In this document: positions 1-6,948 of the stretch, in pieces
Numbering within the stretch: position 1 is the first letter of the stretch
Layout of the letters: the number at the start of each line of letters is the position of its first letter
Virus record (IMG/VR): IMGVR_UViG_3300020000_000006
Span: 1-36,053 of that record
Length of the DNA stretch: 36,053 nucleotides
Source: a virus
Direction: 5' to 3' (one strand)
Notes under the pieces: generated by a model
The model's database searches: none
What the model was told of the DNA's origin: nothing
Seen by the model: only the letters and a program-made list of their open reading frames with translations
Position numbers and translations under genes: made by a program

Positions 1-127
1 CTTTAAAGATTCATGCAGCATTGCAGCTTGTAAATAATACCCGTTACTATAAACATCATTTTGGAACTTTCTTGGATGTGCATTTTTAGTAGTTTTTAAA
101 TCGATAATAAAATCATTGCATAAAATA
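1..127. repeat. Left copy of an exact 127-bp terminal duplication (identical to 35927-36053)
   Basis: ctttaaagattcatgcagc...aatcattgcataaaata is present at both window ends. It lies inside an open reading frame, so it marks circular closure rather than a separate element. Confidence 0.95.
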
Positions 128-642
128 TCTGGTCGAGCTTTGCATAATAGCCCTGTAGATTCATCACGCCAAAAGATAGATTGTTCGTATAAATTGTCTT
201 GGTTGGCAAGTAAATCCCTAGTCTGGGAGTTGCTCATGATAGATTTCTTCATGGCTTTTATTTGATTAAAATTAATCTCATCAATAACCGTCCGACCTTC
301 AGCTTCTAGTAAAAAATCAGCATATTGCTTTTTGCCATCTGAGGTACGTCTATCCACTTTAGGCATAACTATATAACGGTCATTAAACTTATTTTCTTCT
401 AAACAATAAGTATGAACGGCGTTGCCTAAAACCATGGCATCACTAGGTTCTTTCTTTATAGCGTTAGGATTAATATTTGCATGCCAGTAATGATAAGGCG
501 TCTGCTTCATTGACATTATCATGCTTCTGGATATGCCAGGGCAGCTATGATATTCATCAATACTTATATCTATTAGTCCGCTATATTTTTCATCATGTTT
601 TTGATCATGTTTTTCGTCATTTTTTTCGACTGTATTCATCAT
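1..642 (-). CDS. PD-(D/E)XK exonuclease, RecE C-terminal / exodeoxyribonuclease VIII-like. This is the 5' part; the ORF runs off the left edge and continues at 35926.
   Basis: Absent from the ORF track because it has no in-window stop. Hand translation of the reverse strand from ATGATG (642/639) is open to base 1: MMNTVEKNDEKHDQ..IDEYHSCPGISRSMIMSMK..GNAVHTYCLEE..CKARPDILCNDFIIDLKTTKNAHPRKFQNDVYSNGYYLQAAMLHESLK. It has the D..(D/E)xK and QxxxY motifs of the family. A GAGAG Shine-Dalgarno-like element lies upstream. The whole gene is 291 aa across the junction. Confidence 0.85.
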   Translation of the reverse strand, partial: MMNTVEKNDEKHDQKHDEKYSGLIDISIDEYHSCPGISRSMIMSMKQTPYHYWHANINPNAIKKEPSDAMVLGNAVHTYCLEENKFNDRYIVMPKVDRRTSDGKKQYADFLLEAEGRTVIDEINFNQIKAMKKSIMSNSQTRDLLANQDNLYEQSIFWRDESTGLLCKARPDILCNDFIIDLKTTKNAHPRKFQNDVYSNGYYLQAAMLHESLK

Positions 643-763
643 AATATTTCTCTCAGGTTATTTTATGTGACAAATTATTTATCAACTTCATCTATAAAAG
701 TCCTTTTATTGTTGATGAAAATATTATATTATACTTTCACGATTCATGCAACAGGATATCAAA
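643..763. promoter_or_regulatory. Divergent early control region between the exonuclease operon (-) and the cro-like operon (+)
   Basis: A 121-bp AT-rich gap lies between divergent starts. Inverted half-sites are TTTATCAAC (678-686) and GTTGATGAA (711-719, reverse complement TTCATCAAC). Exact promoters were not resolved. Confidence 0.35.
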
Positions 764-1033
764 ATGACTTATGAGCAACTATTAATGCATTACGGTTCTA
801 TACAAAAATCATCTCGGGCATTAAATATAAAACGTCAGCTTATTCAAAATTGGCGCAAAAGGGGTTATATTCCCTATGATGCGCAATTAATGATCCAGCA
901 TATTACTGAGCAGGCATTAATTGCAGCCACGGAAGAAGAAATTTTTACACTACGGAAGGAGATTAATCTATCAAGAAAGGGTGAAGCATGTACAACAAGA
1001 AACTCAGCAACAAACCGTTATTGGAAGAAATAG
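764..1033 (+). CDS. Cro/YdaS-like helix-turn-helix regulator
   Basis: HYGSIQKSSRALNIKRQLIQNWRKRGYIPYDAQLMIQHIT matches the YdaS/Cro pattern (G..a.LA..LGv....vs.W...g.IP). It is the first gene of the rightward arm. ATG 764 is preferred over 746 because AGGA lies 6 nt upstream. Confidence 0.65.
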   Translation: MTYEQLLMHYGSIQKSSRALNIKRQLIQNWRKRGYIPYDAQLMIQHITEQALIAATEEEIFTLRKEINLSRKGEACTTRNSATNRYWKK

Positions 1034-1173
1034 ACAGTATATACAATTTTACTACTGAAATTAATATAGAAGAATTGGCCAAAAGAATAACTAATTTAGA
1101 AAACATTGCACTTAAATTTCGCGATCATTTGGTTCAAAATGAATTTGACCATTCGCTACTGTGCTGTAACTAG
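988..1173 (+). CDS. Hypothetical small protein
   Basis: 61-aa ORF with a GGGTGA-type SD. It overlaps the tail of the cro-like ORF by 46 nt. Confidence 0.45.
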   Translation: MYNKKLSNKPLLEEIDSIYNFTTEINIEELAKRITNLENIALKFRDHLVQNEFDHSLLCCN

Positions 1174-1201
1174 GCATTGTAACTAGCAACATAAAAAGGG
1201 G

Positions 1202-1235
1202 TGCATAGTATTTTGCATTTACAAGATACTATGCA
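1202..1235. repeat. Perfect 10-bp inverted repeat TGCATAGTAT / ATACTATGCA with a 14-nt spacer
   Basis: Read directly (1202-1211 and 1226-1235). It sits in the 143-nt gap after ORF 988..1173 and has no T-tract after it, so it is an operator or RNA hairpin rather than a clear terminator. Confidence 0.4.
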
Positions 1236-1316
1236 GCTCGAAGAGCATTGAAACGCCATACTAGCTAAGCAGGCTAATAAAGCGTAAAGAATATAACACT
1301 TACACAGGAGTGCTAC

Positions 1317-1418
1317 ATGCGCATATTATACGCAACAATCTTATTGTTTGCAATCATTACAGTATCTAAAAAAATTTATATTCCTAATGTGTTAAATGAC
1401 AAAAACATATACAGTTAA
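1317..1418 (+). CDS. 33-aa hydrophobic peptide (below the ORF-track cutoff)
   Basis: MRILYATILLFAIITVSKKIYIPNVLNDKNIYS. AGGAG lies 6 nt upstream of the ATG. It has a single predicted TM helix. Confidence 0.45.
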   Translation: MRILYATILLFAIITVSKKIYIPNVLNDKNIYS

Positions 1419-1437
1419 TTAAACAAAGAGATGGATT

Positions 1438-1821
1438 ATGACAACAAATGTAATTAATTTTTGTAAAGAGGATAATAGCTTAATAGATGCTTATGGTTAT
1501 GATTTTTATGCTAATTGCGTTGCGCTTTCGCTGAGAAATGCAGAGGCTTTAGGTGTCTGGCTTTATGGACGATTATGGGCTGATGGATTAATAGATAGAA
1601 AAGCGATTAAAATTCATTTTGGTTTCGGAGAAGCTAGAATGAAAAAAAATCTAACTTATTTAAATAAAGTTGGCTTAATTGAATATAGAATGGAAAAAAA
1701 TACGCATGGAAGATATATAAAAGGAACTATCCATGCATTAGATGGAAAAAAATATATGCAGATCTTTAAACAACCATTTAATATGGCTGTCACAAAAAAT
1801 GAACAAATAGAAGAACCATAA
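1438..1821 (+). CDS. Winged-helix DNA-binding protein (replication or regulatory)
   Basis: GVWLYGRLWADGLIDRKAIKIHFGFGEARMKKNLTYLNKVGLIEY resembles the winged-helix N-domains of phage replication organisers. It lies directly upstream of the O-like gene. Confidence 0.5.
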   Translation: MTTNVINFCKEDNSLIDAYGYDFYANCVALSLRNAEALGVWLYGRLWADGLIDRKAIKIHFGFGEARMKKNLTYLNKVGLIEYRMEKNTHGRYIKGTIHALDGKKYMQIFKQPFNMAVTKNEQIEEP

Positions 1822-1825
1822 AATA

Positions 1826-1856
1826 CAAACAAAAAAGGGCACCCGTAAAAGTGCCC
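1826..1856 (-). terminator. Canonical intrinsic terminator oriented for leftward (minus-strand) transcription
   Basis: The reverse strand reads GGGCAC-ttttacgg-GTGCCC followed by TTTTTTGTTTG. On the plus strand the hairpin is followed by ccaaatgc, with no T-tract. Confidence 0.55.
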
Positions 1857-1866
1857 CCAAATGCTT

Positions 1867-1922
1867 GCGCTAAAATCCCATCGAAAAAATCTTAACACAA
1901 ATCAGTAAAGGGATTTTAGCGC
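1867..1922. repeat. Perfect 13-bp inverted repeat GCGCTAAAATCCC / GGGATTTTAGCGC with a 30-nt spacer
   Basis: Read directly (1867-1879 and 1910-1922), in the gap upstream of the replication gene. Confidence 0.6.
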
Positions 1923-1982
1923 AGGGTGTTCTTAAAAACAATACCCCGTGAAAAAAATACACGGATATGTGGAGATGAAACA

Positions 1983-3173
1983 ATGACAATAAAAACACAT
2001 TATTTTAATACTGATATAGCTAACCTGTTTGGAATGGAGTGCGCTACTCTTCTACAACATTTCGGTTTTTGGATAAGTCATAATATAGCCAATAGACGGA
2101 ACTATAAACTAGGTAATTATTGGACATTTAATTCGTACAGAGCTTTTTCAGAATTATTCACTTACTGGTCTCAAGGACAAATAAGAAACATCATTAAAAA
2201 TCTAAAAAAATACGATTTAATTATTGAAAATGAATTTAATAAATCAGGCTTTGACAAAACTAAATGGTATGCATTAACACCCAAAGCACTTAAATTATTA
2301 GACATAAAACATCCTGATTTATTAGATCAAGAAATGAACAATGAATCATCTAAAGCCTTTAATTTATCGATCTGTCAAAATCAACAAATGGGTCTGTCAA
2401 AATCAACAAATGGGTCTGTCAAAATCAACAAACCTATACCAAATATAAACACAGATATAAACACAGATAGCAGTAGCAGTTTATATATAACTTCCGCGCG
2501 CGCACACGAGGACGTAGATTTAGAAAAACAAAAAACTGCTGCTGCTCCTAAAAACATTTCCTCTACAGAAAAACCAAAAGAACTTTCTTCACCACCACCA
2601 GAGCCAGTATCGCCACCGCCACAGCAACCCGAAGTAGAATCATTCAGCACACTAACCGAAAGCATAACCCCTAATCTAGACCTGACTACAACTTACACCA
2701 GGCCATACAATCCCTATTACGTAAAAACCCAGGTTTTAGCAGACGAAGAATGTATTCGCATTCACAAAGAGAAGAATCTAGGCTTAAAACGCACACTTGA
2801 AGAAGAGTTCGATTATTGCGTAGAGTATAGAAGGGCTAAAAACCAACCTACAGGCCTTTTAGAGTTCAAGGTATGGTTAGGTAGGGCTAGAGCAGAGATA
2901 ATGCCTTCTACCACTCTTAAAATCGATTCTATGGGGGATGAGCAGAGCATTCTACAAGATCTTTATCTGATGGAGAGTAAACCAGCTATGTATGGCAATT
3001 TATTAACCACCGAACAACATAAACGTGCTGTAGCAATACGTGATGAACGAAATAAAATGCGTACAACAAGACCTGAGCCACAACCTAGCCGAAGTCCAGC
3101 CCCAATTAGGCTTGCAGATTTGTTGAAAAACGCACCCCACCAATCATCTTCATCGGGAGCTTTGTATAGGTAA
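1983..3173 (+). CDS. Replication initiator/organiser, lambda O-like architecture
   Basis: The N-terminal winged-helix region is FGMECATLLQHFGFWISHN..YWTFNSYRAFSELFTYWSQGQIRNIIKNLKKYDLI..KTKWYALT. It has a low-complexity, Pro-rich linker that carries DNA iterons. ATG 1983 with GGAG 8 nt upstream is preferred over GTG 1926. Confidence 0.6.
   Translation: MTIKTHYFNTDIANLFGMECATLLQHFGFWISHNIANRRNYKLGNYWTFNSYRAFSELFTYWSQGQIRNIIKNLKKYDLIIENEFNKSGFDKTKWYALTPKALKLLDIKHPDLLDQEMNNESSKAFNLSICQNQQMGLSKSTNGSVKINKPIPNINTDINTDSSSSLYITSARAHEDVDLEKQKTAAAPKNISSTEKPKELSSPPPEPVSPPPQQPEVESFSTLTESITPNLDLTTTYTRPYNPYYVKTQVLADEECIRIHKEKNLGLKRTLEEEFDYCVEYRRAKNQPTGLLEFKVWLGRARAEIMPSTTLKIDSMGDEQSILQDLYLMESKPAMYGNLLTTEQHKRAVAIRDERNKMRTTRPEPQPSRSPAPIRLADLLKNAPHQSSSSGALYR
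2371..2434 (+). repeat. Three tandem ~22-bp iteron-like direct repeats (candidate origin of replication)
   Basis: TCTGTCAAAATCAACAAATGGG occurs at 2371-2392 and 2393-2414, with a third partial copy at 2415-2434. They are followed by 2 x ATATAAACACAG (2443-2466), an AT-rich stretch and an alternating CCGCGCGCGCAC tract (about 2494-2505). Confidence 0.6.
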
Positions 3174-3205
3174 TAACCTCAGCTAACAGCTTAAGGGTAA
3201 ATAAC

Positions 3206-3448
3206 ATGGCAAGGATGTCATTTGCAGAATACTGCTCACAACAGGGCTTGCAATTACTTAGGGATGATCACAAATACATTCGGCGTATGCTGTATCGTAT
3301 CCCGAAAAACATCCATAGAAGCGTTTTAAGCGATTATTGTTTGAAATGGCAGTCAGGTATGGATAAATGTGAGAACGCTACCAAGAAGCAGAATTTAGGC
3401 CGTAGAAACGCAAATTTATGGTTGGGAGAAGTTTGTATGTCGTATTGA
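3206..3448 (+). CDS. Hypothetical protein
   Basis: 80-aa ORF, last gene of the replication block. I recognised no motif. Confidence 0.5.
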   Translation: MARMSFAEYCSQQGLQLLRDDHKYIRRMLYRIPKNIHRSVLSDYCLKWQSGMDKCENATKKQNLGRRNANLWLGEVCMSY

Positions 3449-3462
3449 TTTTGCTTTAAGAC

Positions 3463-3492
3463 AAAATACCTCGTTTTCAGGCAAGGTATTTT
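3463..3492. terminator. Hairpin between convergent genes (possible bidirectional terminator)
   Basis: AAAATACCT (3463-3471) pairs with AGGTATTTT (3484-3492) across a 12-nt loop, with T-rich flanks. The stem is AT-rich and therefore weak. Confidence 0.35.
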
Positions 3493-3509
3493 ATATATTT
3501 ATGCTTGCA

Positions 3510-3713
3510 TTAGCATTTGTTTAAATAGGTTGATAAATCATCGGTTATTTGCTGGTTATTTTTTACCTCAAATCTTTTGATTTTATTTTTTCCTATTAAT
3601 CCTATGCTAAAATATTCATTATTTTTGCTAAAATTTATTGCATATCCGGTTTTTGCCATTATTTTCCATAGTATTTGTTGCGTGTTTTCTGGCAATAAAT
3701 TAAGCATGGTCAA
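3510..3713 (-). CDS. Orphan reverse-strand hypothetical protein
   Basis: 67-aa ORF, the only leftward gene between 764 and 20730. It is flanked by a hairpin and a 189-nt AT-rich gap. Confidence 0.45.
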   Translation of the reverse strand: MTMLNLLPENTQQILWKIMAKTGYAINFSKNNEYFSIGLIGKNKIKRFEVKNNQQITDDLSTYLNKC

Positions 3714-3858
3714 TTTCCTTATTATTGTTTTATTTTAAAGCTTTCATGTTGCTATATGATATATAATGGATTTTTACAGTTATCAACAAACTTATATACT
3801 GATTTTGTGGATAATTTTGTATTTTATATAAATAACAAAGATTTTAATTTTGCGCATG

Positions 3859-3887
3859 TTGTTTAATTTAAAAATTTTTTGTATTAT
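3859..3887 (+). promoter_or_regulatory. Sigma70-like promoter candidate for the packaging/structural arm
   Basis: TTGTTT (3859-3864), 17-nt spacer, TATTAT (3882-3887). It is followed by AAAGGA and ATG 3903. Chance matches are common in AT-rich DNA. Confidence 0.25.
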
Positions 3888-3902
3888 CCAAAGGAATAAA
3901 TA

Positions 3903-4175
3903 ATGATTATTAGATGTGATTTATGCAGGGGAAAAAAACGTGTAATTGGACTGGGAATGATTGAAAAAAAATGCCAGAATTGCAAAGGTGTTGGGCATTT
4001 AATTAAGGATGAAGAAGATGTCTCCGAACCTGGCTGCGAATCTGACAAAACTATTGTTTCTTATAAAAGCAAACTGGAAGAAGATGGTGCTTGTGGTGAT
4101 AGTGATTCTTCTATGTCTTCTGGGGTCAACAACGAGCACTCCAGTTACAAAGGAAATGCAAAACCTAAAAGATAA
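3903..4175 (+). CDS. Small DnaJ-type zinc-finger protein with an acidic tail
   Basis: It has two CxxCxGxG motifs (CDLCRGKKRV, CQNCKGVGHL). AAAGGA lies upstream of the ATG. Confidence 0.6.
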   Translation: MIIRCDLCRGKKRVIGLGMIEKKCQNCKGVGHLIKDEEDVSEPGCESDKTIVSYKSKLEEDGACGDSDSSMSSGVNNEHSSYKGNAKPKR

Positions 4176-4233
4176 CCTCGAGGAATGTCTAGAGGTGAAA
4201 AAAGATTTAGAGGAGATTTTTAATAATGGCTAA
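4009..4233 (+). CDS. Alternative +1-frame ORF overlapping the 3' half of 3903..4175 (TM segment plus helical tail)
   Basis: It contains MVLVVIVILLCLLGSTTS and ends in TAA, 8 nt inside terS (ATGGCTAA). It is unclear whether it is expressed. Confidence 0.3.
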   Translation: MKKMSPNLAANLTKLLFLIKANWKKMVLVVIVILLCLLGSTTSTPVTKEMQNLKDNLEECLEVKKDLEEIFNNG

Positions 4234-4651
4234 GCGTGGCAGACCAACTAAATATAATCAGGAATTGGCCGACTTAATATGTGAACGAGTTGGCACACAT
4301 ACCTGCGGTCTTCCTAAGTTGTGCGAGATGTTTGATGATATGCCAAATCAAGAAACAATTTACGCATGGCGCTATAAATATGACGATTTTTCCAATAACT
4401 ACGCAAAAGCAAAAATGAGACAAGCTGAGTTAATGGCGGAAGAATTGAATAAAATTGCATCAGAGGTTCACACCTACATAGATGCCGAAGGAAATACCCG
4501 GTATGATGCTGCATTTACCGCTGCACAACGTCTAAAAATTGACACTATTAAATGGCAGGCTACTAAGTTAGCACCAAAAATATACGGCGATAGAACACAA
4601 AATACAGTAACTGTTGTTAAGCACGAAGATGTTTTAAAAGACTTAGGTTAA
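4226..4651 (+). CDS. terS: Terminase small subunit
   Basis: MAKRGRPTKYNQELADLICERV...ETIYAWRYKYDDFSNNYAKAKMRQAE...RLKIDTIKWQATKLAPKIYGDR is the classic HTH-type TerS pattern (GRPskYtpE..I.e.. / KW.asKL.PkkYGD). It lies immediately upstream of terL. Confidence 0.85.
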   Translation: MAKRGRPTKYNQELADLICERVGTHTCGLPKLCEMFDDMPNQETIYAWRYKYDDFSNNYAKAKMRQAELMAEELNKIASEVHTYIDAEGNTRYDAAFTAAQRLKIDTIKWQATKLAPKIYGDRTQNTVTVVKHEDVLKDLG

Positions 4652-4676
4652 AAGACTTTGGTAAAAAAGGATTTTT

Positions 4677-4853
4677 ATGACAGATAATGCTCACCTGGAT
4701 GAAAAAAAAAGAAAAGAGATTGTAGTGTCACTTTTCTGTGTTGTTAGGCAAGTAGCTAAAACTGAAGCACGCAAAGAGGTGGCCAAGATATTTGCAGTGA
4801 TGCTTATATTGATTTGGTTATGTGTCGCCTATTCCCATTATTCATATCATTAA
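4677..4853 (+). CDS. 58-aa small membrane protein (below the ORF-track cutoff)
   Basis: MTDNAHLDEKKRKEIVVSLFCVV...IFAVMLILIWLCVAYSHYSYH. AAGGA lies 6 nt upstream. Its stop (4851-4853) is 1 nt before the terL ATG. Confidence 0.5.
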   Translation: MTDNAHLDEKKRKEIVVSLFCVVRQVAKTEARKEVAKIFAVMLILIWLCVAYSHYSYH

Positions 4854-4854
4854 A

Positions 4855-6948
4855 ATGACCCCTTCCGAACTCGAAATAAGAAAAAAATTAAAAGAAAACT
4901 TCCCACATTACGCCGTTAAATGTTTAAAGATTCGTACTAAATCTGGCAGCATAGAGCCATTTGTGCTCAACAAAGCTCAAAAACACATTCATGCCCTGCT
5001 GGAGACACAAAAAGCATTGACAGGGAAAGTGCGAGCAATCATCCTTAAAGGCCGGCAACAAGGATGCTGCCTAGCAGAGCATACGCGTGTCTTATTATCA
5101 AACATGACTTGGGTTTTTATAAAAGATATTCGAATTGGTGATGAATTAATAGCTTGTGATGAAGACGCCAGCATCATTAACGATAAATCCCTTAAGAAAT
5201 CAAGAAAATTCAAAACGGCAGTTGTCGAGCATATTCAGATATTTACAAAATTTACTTGGGAAATAGCTTTTGATAACGGTGTCAAATTAGATGTAACCCC
5301 AGACCATCGCTTGCTCTGTAAAAAATATGGCCATGAGTTGCAATGGGTGCATGTGCAGGATTTTCAACTAGGCGACAAAATACAGGTTGCAGTACGTGCT
5401 CCAAATGATACGGCTAAGACGACAAAATTAAATAACCCTAATAATGAGGTTAATGAAAAATGGTATGAAGACCAGGAATTGCCACTCCGATGTTGGGCTA
5501 AAGTTATTGGCATTAGGCCATTAGAAAAAAAACATGTTATTGACATCCAGACAAGCACAAAAACTTTTATATGCGAAGGGTTAGTGTCGCATAATTCAAC
5601 TTATGTAGGCGGTAGATTTTATCATAAAGTAACCCATGCTTTTGGCATGCAAGCATTCATCCTTACTCATGCCCTAGATGCAACACAGAACCTTTATAAG
5701 ATGGCGCAACGCTATTATGAGGGAACGCCCGCACCTGTAAAGCCAGAAGTGACAACTAGTAACGCAAAAGAACTTATATTTGGCCTATTAGATTCAGGCT
5801 ATAAGCTTGGAACCGCAGAAAATAAAGCGGTTGGGCGTTCTGCAACTGTACAACTTTTGCACGGCTCTGAATGCGCCTTTTGGAATAATGCAGCAGAACA
5901 TGCCAAAGGAATAATGCAAGCAGTTCCAAATACAGCTAATACAGAAATAATTCTTGAATCAACAGCCAATGGCGTGGGAAATTATTTTCACCAACAATGG
6001 CAAGCAGCCGAAGCAGGGGTATCAGAATTTATAGCAATATTTATTCCCTGGTTTTGGCAAGACGAGTACTTTAAGCCTGTTCTAGATGATTTTCTATTAA
6101 CAACAGAAGAAGAAGACTTAAAGCATGCCTTTTTATTAACTAATGAACAATTAAACTGGCGTAGAAACAAAATAATAGAATTATCAGTTAATGGACAAGA
6201 TGGTGAAAAAGCCTTTAAACAGGAATACCCATGTACACCCCATGAGGCCTTTATCTTGACCGGAGAGGATTCTTTTATATCTTCTGACATTGTAACTAAA
6301 GCACGTAGCGCAGCAGCTGAAAAATATGGCAAACTCATAGTCGGTGTAGACCCGGCAAGATTTGGGGATGACAGAACATCAATTATTAGGAGGCAAGGAC
6401 GTGTCGCATATAACTTACAGAGCTACACTAAGAAAGATACAATGCAGGTGGTGGGCTATGTTAATAAAATTATTGAAGAAGAAGCGCCTTATAAAGTATT
6501 TATTGATGTTGGTGGCCTTGGAGCTGGGGTTGTTGATAGGTTATTTGAGCTTGGTCATCGTGAGATTGTTGTAGCAGTCAATGCAGGCAGCTCGCCCTTA
6601 GACAGCAAAAAGTACAGCAATAAACGCGCAGAAATGTGGGGTGAGTGTAAAAGCTGGCTACATGAGCAGCCCTGTAATATTCCTGACTCTAATTCATTAC
6701 AAGCGGACTTATGTGGTGTAAAATATAGCATTGATTCAAATTCCAGACTTAAAATAGAAAAGAAAGAAGACATGAAGAAGCGAGGGATCCGCTCTTCCGA
6801 TGAAGCAGATGCGCTATGTTTAACTTTTGCTTATCCTCAACGCTTATATGAAAGCGATAGCAAAAATAATGAAATTGCTAGTAGAATGATGCAGAAGCAA
6901 AAGAGCATTAGAACAATAAGGACGTTCTATAATGAGCAACAAGGATAA
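4855..6948 (+). CDS. terL: Terminase large subunit precursor (697 aa, contains an intein)
   Basis: After removal of the insert the P-loop reads KGRQQGC-ST. It has a Walker B/catalytic LLHGSECAFW, an ESTANG motif and a C-terminal nuclease region (GVDPARFGDD..FIDVGGLGAGVVDRL..SSDEADA). ATG 4855 is preferred over GTG 4822. Confidence 0.9.
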   Translation: MTPSELEIRKKLKENFPHYAVKCLKIRTKSGSIEPFVLNKAQKHIHALLETQKALTGKVRAIILKGRQQGCCLAEHTRVLLSNMTWVFIKDIRIGDELIACDEDASIINDKSLKKSRKFKTAVVEHIQIFTKFTWEIAFDNGVKLDVTPDHRLLCKKYGHELQWVHVQDFQLGDKIQVAVRAPNDTAKTTKLNNPNNEVNEKWYEDQELPLRCWAKVIGIRPLEKKHVIDIQTSTKTFICEGLVSHNSTYVGGRFYHKVTHAFGMQAFILTHALDATQNLYKMAQRYYEGTPAPVKPEVTTSNAKELIFGLLDSGYKLGTAENKAVGRSATVQLLHGSECAFWNNAAEHAKGIMQAVPNTANTEIILESTANGVGNYFHQQWQAAEAGVSEFIAIFIPWFWQDEYFKPVLDDFLLTTEEEDLKHAFLLTNEQLNWRRNKIIELSVNGQDGEKAFKQEYPCTPHEAFILTGEDSFISSDIVTKARSAAAEKYGKLIVGVDPARFGDDRTSIIRRQGRVAYNLQSYTKKDTMQVVGYVNKIIEEEAPYKVFIDVGGLGAGVVDRLFELGHREIVVAVNAGSSPLDSKKYSNKRAEMWGECKSWLHEQPCNIPDSNSLQADLCGVKYSIDSNSRLKIEKKEDMKKRGIRSSDEADALCLTFAYPQRLYESDSKNNEIASRMMQKQKSIRTIRTFYNEQQG
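5068..5595 (+). mobile_element. 176-aa mini-intein inserted in the TerL Walker A motif
   Basis: It starts CLAEHTRVLL (block A), has LDVTPDHRLL (block B TxxH), ends VIDIQTSTKTFICEGLVSHN, and the +1 residue is Ser. No homing-endonuclease motif fits in it. Confidence 0.85.

Noticed and set aside
1-127. The 127-bp terminal repeat as a biological direct terminal repeat (T7-like DTR)
   Set aside because: It falls inside a coding sequence that is only complete when the ends are joined. Its length equals a standard assembler k-mer. The terminase and portal are P22-like, which implies headful packaging. Read-level data would still be needed to be certain.
1656-1898. Antisense and alternative-frame ORFs from the track. 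Minus strand: 1656..1898, 2381..2665, 4314..4514, 4989..5213, 5364..5558, 5988..6338, 6555..6773, 7348..7575, 8238..8477, 9481..9663, 9915..10106, 10442..10648, 10803..11042, 11310..11531, 11684..11881, 12689..12925, 15551..15802, 16205..16465, 18178..18426, 18775..18981, 21750..21941, 25426..25665, 25725..25970, 27505..27696, 30785..31084, 34859..35050. Plus strand: 6362..6574, 10457..10657, 11326..11538, 30053..30340, 33336..33584, 33371..33628, 34194..34508, 35494..35718.
   Set aside because: Each lies wholly inside or opposite a longer ORF that has recognisable motifs or operon context. They lack ribosome-binding sites and have odd, Cys/Phe/Leu-rich or repeat-derived compositions. They are shadow ORFs, which are expected in AT-rich DNA.
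1926-1982. Upstream alternative starts proposed by the ORF track (GTG 1926, GTG 4822, GTG 11256, TTG 31416, ATG 746)
   Set aside because: In each case an in-frame ATG slightly downstream has a properly spaced AGGA/GGAG Shine-Dalgarno sequence or abuts the previous stop. The extended versions would overlap hairpins or upstream genes. The true starts remain unverified.
5068-5595. Homing endonuclease domain inside the intein
   Set aside because: Only 176 aa lie between Cys1 and the terminal Asn. No LAGLIDADG, HNH or GIY-YIG motif is visible between blocks B and F. It is a mini-intein.
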